Below, piece after piece: positions 19,277 through 27,280 of a stretch of 29,951 nucleotides of DNA. The notes under the pieces were generated by a model. The model saw only the letters and a list, made by a program, of their open reading frames with translations, was not told the DNA's origin and made no database searches. The position numbers and the translations under genes were made by a program. The DNA is from an uncultured Myxococcales bacterium. GTDB taxonomy: Bacteria > Myxococcota_A > UBA9042 > CAIXZC01. Numbering within the stretch: position 1 is the first letter of the stretch; each line of letters begins with the position of its first letter. The stretch covers positions 1-29,951 of the forward strand of contig CAZNWW010000002.1 of the NCBI GenBank assembly GCA_964576155.1, in the 5' to 3' direction.

Positions 19277-20428
19277 TTACTGGGATGGCAGGAGCTGGAA
19301 GAGGACCTCCGCGTCGCCGAAGATGCCGCAGCTGCCGACCAACATTGCGTTGAAGTCCTCCTCGAAGATTACGAAAGAACAGGAGGTAACCGACTGATCC
19401 TCGGTATCGTCTGCGTCGAAGAGCTCAACCGCGAGGCCCTCGTCCAGGAGCTCGGTCGTGGTTACGCTGAAGAGCACCACCTCGTCCCAGTAGGGGTAGA
19501 GGGTGTCGTACACCACCGCGGTAGAACCAGTGAGGCCCCAGCCCTCGTCTTCGAGATAGAACATCGAGAATTCGGCGAAGAGATCCGGATCGGTGCCGTC
19601 GGGGTCCCACTCGCCGCCGGGAGGCTCCATGTAGACCTCGCCCTCGACGCCGTCCACGTCCCAGAAGGCATCGGGATCGAGTTCGCATTCGTTGGCCGGG
19701 CACCAGTACCCGGGGTCGCAGGTTTCCTCGCAGCCCTGCTGGATGGTGTCCTCACCCGGGATGGTGTCCTCGCCCGGGATGGTGTCCTCGCCGGGGAAGG
19801 TGTCCTCGCCCGGGATGATGATCGACAGGCGGCCGTGTCCCTCCTCGCTCCTCGCCTTGTTGCTTCGCCAGTGCTCCAGGTCCTCGGGTCGATCGATGTC
19901 ATGGAGCGTGGGGAGCGTTCGTATCCTGAGCCCGAGGTCCCTCGCCCGGGCAGCGGTCTCCTCGAATACGGTATCCCCGCCCCACGGTATGCCATCGAAG
20001 AGCTTCGAGGCCCCGGCGTGATAGCCGCTTCGGCTCAACCCCACGAGGTAGTAGCCGCCGTCCGCGGCCGGGCCCAGGACCAGATCGTTGGATGCCAGGG
20101 CTTCGAAGGCTGCTTGCAGGATCTCGGTTGTCAGCTCCGGGCAGTCCGTGCCGATTAGAACCCCAGTGCGATTTCCGTCGGAGAAGTTCCGGGCGAAGGC
20201 TGCAGCCATGCGGTCTCCCAAGTCGCCCTCGACCTGGGCGAGGTAGAGGAGGTCGTGGCCGAGCCAGTCACGCATGGCGTCGCGCCGTCCTCCGGTGAAG
20301 TGGACACACAGCCCGGACGGATGCGGTCCGGAGAATCGACGCGCGGTGAGGCGGGTCTTGACAGCGCCCGGCACCGGGTACCGGGTGAGGATCATCAGCC
20401 GCCGGGCATCGGACACGTGCCTGTTCAT
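19277..20428 (-). pseudogene. Chimeric ORF: arsenosugar-cluster glycosyltransferase (TIGR04282/DUF2064-like) plus the first strand of a GT2 domain, fused to the C-terminus of an unrelated acidic C2-like protein
   Basis: TRYPVPGAVKTRL, Q.EGDLGDRM, IGTDCPEL, LGPAADGGYYLVG and HDIDRPEDL identify the GT. RLSIIIP is the GT2 start. The sequence then switches abruptly to (GEDT[IF]P)x4, a Cys knot and WDPDGTDPDLF...VVYDTLYPYWDE...VELFDAD. Confidence 0.72.
19741..19817. repeat. 18-bp tandem repeat (4 full copies plus 5 nt) encoding PGEDT[I/F]
   Basis: GGATGGTGTCCTC[A/G]CCCG-like units start at 19741, 19759, 19777 and 19795, with a partial unit at 19813. Confidence 0.92.
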
Positions 20429-21394
20429 TTACGTCCTCGCCTCCAATCAGCGCACCGGCGCAACTCGATCCGCTCCCCGCCGTGCAGCCGAAGCAATGTG
20501 GGCCGGTGACGATTCTGCGGCCGGAGAGCGTCTTCAGGCCTTCGCCCTCGATGTGGTCGGGAGCGCCGTGGCCCACCGACAGGCCCAAGGCCAGGTTGAA
20601 GTCGCAGTCGTAGATTATTCCGTCCCAGCGGATGCTTACCTGGTGACGACACATGACATCGGAGACCGTCGCTGGGTTGAAGCTCGTTTGGAGCAGCGAG
20701 AGATAGTTGTCATACCCGCCGGACGCAACGAGTCCGTCCTTGAAGCGGCCGATGGGCATGTTGGTGATCACGAGGAGGCGGGTGAAGCAGACGCCGAAGC
20801 GCTCTTTCAGCTCCCGCTTGTAGTCCGCCTCGAGGGCATTCTGGGATGGCGGCAGGACGGCACCACCCGGGTTGTAGACGAGATCGAGGGGCAGATCCGG
20901 GTCGGTCCCGTATCCGAGCTCGTTCAACGACCGGATGACGGCCACGCTCTTCTCGTAGCACCCGGGACCGCGCTGGGCGCGGACGTTCTCCTCCAGATAG
21001 CACGGCATAGAGGCGACGAGGTGGACATTGTTTCGCCGGTAGAGGTCGGGGAATCGCTCCATCCCCGGCTCGGCCAGGACCGACAGGTTTGTACGCACCT
21101 GGATGATGACGCCTGTCAGACGCAGGGCCTTGATGAATGGAGGCAGATCAGGGTTCAACTCCGGTGCCCCGCCCGTGATGTCCACCAATCGGCACCCGAG
21201 GTCGCTGGACATCTCCACGATCCGCTCCATCACCGGCCAACCCATCACCTCGGAGCGGCCGGGCTTGCCTCGAGATGGCAATGGGTGCAGGCCTGGTTGC
21301 AGATCGCCCCGATGTTGACCTGCAGCGTCTTGATGTCTCCTGCCTGAAGGCCTGCACCAGTAGCGTTCAGTACAGCTATTTCAAATTCGTTCAT
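20268..21394 (-). pseudogene. arsS: Arsenosugar biosynthesis radical SAM protein ArsS (TIGR04167-like), frameshifted
   Basis: From ATG 21394: MNEFE...TLQVNIGAICNQACTHCHLEASP. The frame changes near 21260 and continues RSEVM...VDITGGAPELNP...ASMPCY...LVYNPGG..LPP.Q..LEADYK...ITNMPIGRF...MCR...WDG..YDCDFN...HCFGCTAGSGSSCAGAL. The conserved end is at about 20448 but the first in-frame stop is at 20268. Confidence 0.85.
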
Positions 21395-21468
21395 CGAGGT
21401 TCTCCGGCGAACCTGGGGGTCGTTCCTGATACTGCCCTATACTCTGGTTTGGATCAAAGTCATGCGCG

Positions 21469-21597
21469 TCAGTCGATCCGGGCCGGCTTGAGGGACCAGG
21501 AGGTGCCCTCGCACGCTGGGCATCCCAGATCCTCGAGCATCTCCAGGGTCTCCGGCATGGAGCGCCCCGCCGGAACCTCGACCTGGGTCCCCGCTAC
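21469..21597 (-). pseudogene. Coding-like fragment with a CPAC motif, downstream of the MITE
   Basis: Reads VAGTQVEVPAGRSMPETLEMLEDLGCPACEGTSWSLKPARID* with strong G/C at third codon positions; preceded directly by an in-frame TAG at the element border. Confidence 0.45.
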
Positions 21598-21600
21598 CTA

Positions 21601-21778
21601 GCCCCAAATCAAGCGAATCTGCCTACTGCGGCGGCCGATCTGCCAATGCTGAACTGCGTCGAGACCGTTCGCCATGCTCACCCGAACTCAACGATACTCT
21701 GCATCGCCTCCGTTCGCTCTCCTTGTCAGCATCAGCATCTCAACCACCTCGCTTCGGCATCTTCGCTTGTTTTGGGCC
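21601..21778. mobile_element. 178-bp non-autonomous element (MITE / internally deleted IS)
   Basis: Left end GCCCCAAATCAAGCGAA (21601-21617) versus the reverse complement of the right end GGCCCAAAACAAGCGAA (21762-21778): 15/17 identity. TA flanks both sides (CTAG at 21598-21601 and 21778-21781). The interior is less GC-rich than the flanks and has no transposase. Confidence 0.78.
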
Positions 21779-21942
21779 TAGCGGACGTCATCCGCCGACA
21801 GGGTCACGGCCTCCGCGGCCGCGTCGCCTCCGCCGACATCGCCGCCGTCACTTTCGCCACTGTCGCCGCCGCTACCTCCACACCCGGCGAGACCCACCGC
21901 AGACACGACCGGCGCCACGAGAACACATCGTAGGAGTTTCAT
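21778..21942 (-). pseudogene. Lipoprotein N-terminal fragment ending at the MITE border
   Basis: MKLLRCVLVAPVVSAVGLAG-CGGSGGDSGESDGGDVGGGDAAAEAVTLSADDVR*. LAGC lipobox plus Gly/Asp linker, with the stop codon falling exactly on the element end. Confidence 0.6.
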
Positions 21943-22115
21943 GTGGCCCGACACCTCCGGCAAGCACCACTAAATCCGCACACCGGCATGGAGCCATCCC
22001 CGATCCGGAAAGTCAACCAGGCGGGATGCAAAGCAGTTGGTAGCGGTGAGTTACCCTGGGCACAGGTCGTCGACCTGGGCAAGACACGAGATTGGGCATC
22101 CCCACTCTGCGAAGC

Positions 22116-22145
22116 TTGACACTCTCGAACCCGAACTCCGATACT
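22116..22145 (+). promoter_or_regulatory. Putative sigma70 promoter upstream of the Cys-rich giant lipoprotein
   Basis: TTGACA-N18-GATACT about 90 nt upstream of ATG 22238 (RBS GAGGAG). Confidence 0.4.
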
Positions 22146-22237
22146 TGGCACGATGCCGAGAAACACGGATGATGCGTCTTACCCGCAGAAGCCCGGCCTG
22201 ACCAACTTTTGGAGCATCCCTGAATTGAGGAGAGCCC

Positions 22238-25200
22238 ATGTTACGCAGAAATCTCGTCGTCCTGGTTGCCCTTATGTTCGTTGCCCTGAGCTGTAACGGC
22301 GCGTCATCCGTCAACCTCCCTGATCCCGATGGGTCTTCCGGGGATCTCACCTGGGGGGACACGGGAGCCGAGGTAGTCCCTGATCTCGAAACAAAATCCG
22401 ACGCTGGCCAGGACACGCTCCTTGATTCTCTCCAGGATCTCGACCCTGGTGAGGTCATCCCTGCCTGCAACCCCGACGATGGTTGCTTCGGTAACCCCTG
22501 CGTGGACAACAAGGACTGCCTCTCGGGCTGGTGCGTGGACCACCTCGGTGGGTCCGTGTGCACTGACACCTGCCAGGAGGACTGTCCCTCCGGCTGGAGC
22601 TGCAAACAGGCCGGAACCGACCCGGACGTTGTATGGGTCTGTATCTCCGACTTCCCGACTCTCTGCGCTCCCTGCGCTATCGGCGCCGACTGCGCCAGCA
22701 GCGTCGTGGGCACTCAGGCGCCTTGCGTTGAGTATGGGGACGAAGGCTCGTTCTGCGGCGGCGGATGCGGCCAAGACGACGACTGCCCCGCCGGCTTCGA
22801 GTGCAAGGGGATGACCGTGGTCTCCGGCGGGACCTTGCTCCAGTGCGTCTCCGAGACCGGGACCTGCTCGTGCACCGACAAGTCAATAGGGCTGGCCCTG
22901 GCCACGCCCTGCTCGACGGAGAGCGAGTTCGGGTTTTGCGAGGGGTTCCGGACTTGCACCGAATATGGCCTCTCCGCCTGCAACGCGGGCGATCCCATCG
23001 CTGAGATCTGCAACGGCCTAGACGACGAGTGTGACGGCCTGGTCGACGAAGACACGTGCGACGACGGCAACGCGTGCACGAATGACATCTGCAACGGCAC
23101 GGACGGCTGCGAACACATTGCGTTGGACGATATCGAGTGCCCCGACGGAGACCTCTGCACGGTCAGCGACATCTGCAAACAGGGGATCTGCGTGGGTACC
23201 CCCATGGACTGCGATGACGACAACATCTGCACAGATGATGTCTGCGCCCCGGAGACCGGGAACTGCCTTTACGCGTACAACGCCCTCGACTGCGACGATG
23301 AAGACCCCTGCACTGTGGCGGACGAATGCCTGAACGGTGGCTGCGTGGGCGTTCCCATCGACTGTGATTGCGTAGTGGACTATGACTGCGGCCAGCTCGA
23401 GGACGGGGACCTTTGCAACGGGACCCTGTACTGCGACACCCTCATGAACCCCCACCTCTGCAAGGTGGATCTCGATACGCTCATAGTGTGCCCGGACTCT
23501 GAGGGCCCCGACGCGCCCTGCCTGGAGGCTGCCTGCGATCCCGAAACCGGCGCGTGCGGCTTCGCTGAGGCCAATGAGGAGGGGCCCTGTAACAACGATG
23601 ACCTCTGCACCGTTACTGACTATTGCGAGAATGGCGAGTGCCTCGGCGGCTCTAACGTGAACTGCAACGACGGCAACGTCTGCACCGATGACTCCTGCCA
23701 TCCCGACTCGGGCTGCGTCAACGAAGCCAACACCCTGCCCTGCAGCGACGGGAACGCATGTACCCTCGGCGACATCTGCGACGGCGGGAACTGCGTAGGC
23801 GACATGGTCATCGACTGCGATGATGGCAACCCATGCTCCGATGACTCCTGCGACCCGGACAGCGGCTGTGTCCACACGGACAACCTGGCGATCTGCAGTG
23901 ACGGTAACGCATGCACCCTGGGGGATGAGTGCCTCGGTGGGAGCTGCCAGCCGGGCGGCGCATTGAACTGCAACGACGACAACGTATGCACCGACGATCA
24001 CTGCGATCCCGCGCTTGGTTGTACCTATTCAGACAACAGCCAGCCCTGCAGTGACGTGAACGCGTGTACATTGAGCGACGTTTGCAGCGAGGGCATCTGT
24101 CAGGGAGGCAGCGCTGTCGACTGTAACGACGGGAGCGTCTGCACCGACGACTCCTGCAGCCCTCAACTCGGCTGCGTCAACACGGCCAACACCGCGCCCT
24201 GCAACGACAATAACGCATGCACCTTTGATGAGGCCTGCACAGCCGGCGTCTGTCAGCCGGGGACTCCGGTGGACTGCGAAGATGGGAACGTATGCACCAC
24301 GGACTCCTGCACTCCCACCGAGGGCTGCGTGAACCTGGCGAACACCGCGCCCTGCAACGATGACGACACCTGCACCCTCGGGGACATCTGCGCTGACAGC
24401 GTCTGCGTTGGCGGGGCCACCCTGAATTGCGACGACGGCAACGTGTGCACCGACGACTCCTGTGACCCGGACACAGGCTGCGTCCACGAGAACAACACCA
24501 CTACGTGCGATGACCAGAACACCTGCACCACCGGGGACGTCTGCGCCAATGGGACCTGCACGGGCGCAGGGTCCCTCGACTGTGACGACGCGAACCCCTG
24601 CACCAAGGACATCTGCCTCCCAGGCGGCGGCTGCGACCACGAGGACATCGCCGGCTCGTGCTCCGATGGGGATCCCTGCACCCTGAACGACTCCTGCCTA
24701 GCCGGGGAGTGCGTCCCCGGTGCGGCGCTGGATTGCGATGACGGCAACCCCTGCACCGACGATGCGTGTGACCAGGGCGGCTCCTGTGCCCACATGAATA
24801 ACACCGCTGCGTGCGATGACGGGAACGCCTGCACCACCGGGGACGCGTGCTCGAACGGGAGCTGCGGCCATGCTGGGCTCCTTGATTGCGACGACGGCGA
24901 CGTCTGCACCACAGGCTCCTGCGATCCTGCCTCAGGCTGTGTCTCCACCATCAACACCGCACCCTGTGACGACGCTAACGTCTGCACCATCGGGGACAGC
25001 TGCACGGATGGTGTGTGCGTTGGCGGCGTGCTCCTTCCCTGCGACGACGGAAACACCTGCACCGATGACTCCTGTGACGAGGACACGGGCTGCGTGTACA
25101 CGCCGAATAATGAAGCGTGTAATGACGGGAACAAGTGCACAGACGGAGATAGCTGCGCCGGTGGAATCTGTTTGCCCGTCTCCGCTGTGAACTGCGACGA

Positions 25201-26332
25201 CAGCGAAACCTGCACGACTGACTCCTGCAGCCCTGCATCGGGCTGCGTGAACACGAACAACACGAACCCCTGCACGGACAACGACCTCTGCACCACGGTC
25301 GACTTCTGCTCGGAAGGGGTGTGCGTGGGGTCGGGGGATCTGACCTGTGATGACGGCAACATCTGCACAGACGATTCCTGCGCTCCCGCCACGGGCTGCG
25401 TCTTTGCGGCCAACACCGAGCTCTGCAACGATGGGAACTCGTGTACGACCGGGGAGAGCTGTTCCGCCGGGTCCTGTAGCGGTGGCGCCCCGGTGACCTG
25501 TGACGACGACAACCAGTGCACGACCAATGCTTGCGATACCGACACGGGGTGCACCTACACTCCGGTTGGAGACGGAACGCCATGCAGCCAGAACGGCGGC
25601 ACAGCCTGCTTGACCGGGTTCTGCGTTGGCTCGCCTGGCGGCAGCCAGACATTCACGTCTTCCGGCACCTTCACGACACCGGCGGGGGTCACCTCGGTGA
25701 GGATCGTCGTCGTCGGAGGTGGCGGTGGTGGTACGGGAAGCCACTGGGGCGCTGGAGGCTCGGGCTGGGTGCGTTATTCGACCTGCTCTGTAAGTGGAAA
25801 CGTCTCCGTCACAGTGGGCTCCGGCGGTACCGGAGGAATCTGCTGCACCAATGCAGCGCCGGGAAGCAACGGCTCGGCTTCCACGTTCGGCTCCTGCCTC
25901 TCGGCCAATGGCGGTGACGGCGGCTACGCGATGGGGAGCCCGTACGGTGTGGGTGGCTATGGCGGAAGCGGTGGCGGTGGCGGAGGTAACGCAGGCTGTG
26001 GCGGCGCTGGTGGTTCCGGTGGTTCAAATGGAGCCAGTGGATGCACCTACGCAGGCGGGGTGGGAGGACACTTCGACAGCCTCGCATCCATCACTGAGGA
26101 CATCTTGACCGCGGGTGCCGGTGGCGCACCAGGCACCTCCTCACACGCGGGTGGCGGCGGTGCCGGCGGGCTTCTCATCAATAGTGGGGGACCCAACGCC
26201 GGAAATGGCGGCGCCTCGTGGAGCGGTAAGGGTGGCAAAGGCTATGGCGCCGGAGGCGGTTCCGGAGGGTACAACGGCGCGCGCCCCACCGGTGGAGCAG
26301 GAGCCGCCGGAGTCGTCTACATTGAGTGGTAG
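22238..26332 (+). CDS. Giant Cys-rich surface lipoprotein (CDDGNxCTxDxC repeats) with a C-terminal glycine-rich domain
   Basis: Lipobox VALS-C; about 30 C[DN]DGNxCTxDxC-type half-repeats alternating in two forms; terminal QTFTSSGTFTTPAGVTSVRIVVVGGGGGG...GAAGVVYIEW domain. Confidence 0.88.
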   Translation: MLRRNLVVLVALMFVALSCNGASSVNLPDPDGSSGDLTWGDTGAEVVPDLETKSDAGQDTLLDSLQDLDPGEVIPACNPDDGCFGNPCVDNKDCLSGWCVDHLGGSVCTDTCQEDCPSGWSCKQAGTDPDVVWVCISDFPTLCAPCAIGADCASSVVGTQAPCVEYGDEGSFCGGGCGQDDDCPAGFECKGMTVVSGGTLLQCVSETGTCSCTDKSIGLALATPCSTESEFGFCEGFRTCTEYGLSACNAGDPIAEICNGLDDECDGLVDEDTCDDGNACTNDICNGTDGCEHIALDDIECPDGDLCTVSDICKQGICVGTPMDCDDDNICTDDVCAPETGNCLYAYNALDCDDEDPCTVADECLNGGCVGVPIDCDCVVDYDCGQLEDGDLCNGTLYCDTLMNPHLCKVDLDTLIVCPDSEGPDAPCLEAACDPETGACGFAEANEEGPCNNDDLCTVTDYCENGECLGGSNVNCNDGNVCTDDSCHPDSGCVNEANTLPCSDGNACTLGDICDGGNCVGDMVIDCDDGNPCSDDSCDPDSGCVHTDNLAICSDGNACTLGDECLGGSCQPGGALNCNDDNVCTDDHCDPALGCTYSDNSQPCSDVNACTLSDVCSEGICQGGSAVDCNDGSVCTDDSCSPQLGCVNTANTAPCNDNNACTFDEACTAGVCQPGTPVDCEDGNVCTTDSCTPTEGCVNLANTAPCNDDDTCTLGDICADSVCVGGATLNCDDGNVCTDDSCDPDTGCVHENNTTTCDDQNTCTTGDVCANGTCTGAGSLDCDDANPCTKDICLPGGGCDHEDIAGSCSDGDPCTLNDSCLAGECVPGAALDCDDGNPCTDDACDQGGSCAHMNNTAACDDGNACTTGDACSNGSCGHAGLLDCDDGDVCTTGSCDPASGCVSTINTAPCDDANVCTIGDSCTDGVCVGGVLLPCDDGNTCTDDSCDEDTGCVYTPNNEACNDGNKCTDGDSCAGGICLPVSAVNCDDSETCTTDSCSPASGCVNTNNTNPCTDNDLCTTVDFCSEGVCVGSGDLTCDDGNICTDDSCAPATGCVFAANTELCNDGNSCTTGESCSAGSCSGGAPVTCDDDNQCTTNACDTDTGCTYTPVGDGTPCSQNGGTACLTGFCVGSPGGSQTFTSSGTFTTPAGVTSVRIVVVGGGGGGTGSHWGAGGSGWVRYSTCSVSGNVSVTVGSGGTGGICCTNAAPGSNGSASTFGSCLSANGGDGGYAMGSPYGVGGYGGSGGGGGGNAGCGGAGGSGGSNGASGCTYAGGVGGHFDSLASITEDILTAGAGGAPGTSSHAGGGGAGGLLINSGGPNAGNGGASWSGKGGKGYGAGGGSGGYNGARPTGGAGAAGVVYIEW

Positions 26333-26349
26333 TCCGGGACAGAAGATGA

Positions 26350-26640
26350 CTATGGAAGGGGAGGCATCCAGCACCCGTCAATCGGCTCGAATACGCACTG
26401 CAAGTCGACGCATTTGTCCTGTGTGCAAGGATCGCAGTCCCAGCACTCCTCGTTCGAGTGGCAGCACTGAAAATCCAATTCGGGGTTCGGCGAGATGTTG
26501 AAGCAGCAGTCAATGCCGAATCCAAAGATACATAAATCCAAGGTGCAGGGGTCATCGTCAATACAATCCGAATCGACGAAGCAGCAGCAGACCTTCGCTG
26601 CGTGGTAGCAGGTCTCCCCCGTGCCGACCGGGTTGTTTGG
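26350..26640 (-). pseudogene. Start-less, lower-GC fragment of a Cys-rich repeat gene
   Basis: ...TCYHAAKVCCCFVDSDCIDDDPCTLDLC...CCHSNEECWDCDPCTQDKCVDLQC.F.PIDGCW. The same CxDxDPCTxDxC repeat type as the neighbour, but there is no credible start or signal peptide and many A/T-ending codons. Confidence 0.5.
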
Positions 26641-26659
26641 CTGGGATTGTGACTTGGGA

Positions 26660-26686
26660 GTCGGGGCTGGAAAGCCCCTCCCACAG
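26660..26686 (-). repeat. Isolated GTGG-type REP hairpin
   Basis: GTCGGGGCTGGAAAGCCCCTCCCACAG, identical to 481-505 except for a 2-nt longer loop. Confidence 0.8.
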
Positions 26687-26875
26687 GGTTGGCAGTGAAG
26701 GTGACTTCGACTGTGTGAAGGTGAAGTCAGCTGACGCCGATTCCTATCCGCAGATTCCATTGGGATCGAGTGTGATCATGACCCCGGGTCGTAGCTCGGA
26801 AGTTGGAGCATTTCATGCAATGGACATGGGAACGAACTTGGTCTACGTTACTCCAAACTGAACAGGAGGTGGCTC

Positions 26876-27256
26876 ATGAAGTATCTCATCGTGTTTCTCA
26901 TGGTACTCGGCTTCGCGACCGTGGCTCAGGCCGGCGCGCCCAAGGTAGGGGACAAGGTCTGGGCGCAGTGGAAGCCCAACGCCTGGTACCACGGAAAGGT
27001 GGACAAGGCCTGTGACTGGGGGCTTCACGTCCAGTTCGACGACGGGGACAAGGGTTGTTTCCACTCGGATCTCATAGCGGTGGACAAGCCCATGCCCGCG
27101 GCCGATGTCAAGCCCGGCGCTCGGGTGCTCGCCCTGTGGTCCAACAAACTCTATCCTGCGACGGTTACCGGTAAACCCGCCGGCGACAAGGTCAAGGTCT
27201 TCTTCGACGATCGGACGGACACCACCGCCCCCTTAAAGGGCATCATCGCCCGATAA
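26876..27256 (+). CDS. Secreted protein with tandem Tudor/Agenet-like domains
   Basis: AGGAGG RBS; signal peptide ending AQA; two repeats, VGDKVWAQWKPNAWYHGKV...VQFDDG and PGARVLALWSNKLYPATV...VFFDD. Confidence 0.7.
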   Translation: MKYLIVFLMVLGFATVAQAGAPKVGDKVWAQWKPNAWYHGKVDKACDWGLHVQFDDGDKGCFHSDLIAVDKPMPAADVKPGARVLALWSNKLYPATVTGKPAGDKVKVFFDDRTDTTAPLKGIIAR

Positions 27257-27280
27257 ATCCACATTTCTCTCCAGAAGTCG

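Noticed and set aside
20440-21394. Selenocysteine recoding in ArsS
   Set aside because: Some family members have Sec in the terminal GSS[C/U]GG motif, but here that codon is TGC. The TGA at about 21246-21248 is reached only because of the frameshift and aligns with no Cys position.
21598-21600. Pyrrolysine or amber read-through joining the split lipoprotein
   Set aside because: No pyl genes are in the window, several normal genes here end in TAG, and the TAG coincides with a mobile-element border.
26690-26870. Structured RNA or riboswitch upstream of the Tudor-like gene
   Set aside because: Only short repeats (GTGAAGGTGA twice) and weak hairpins are visible; no riboswitch consensus was recognised.
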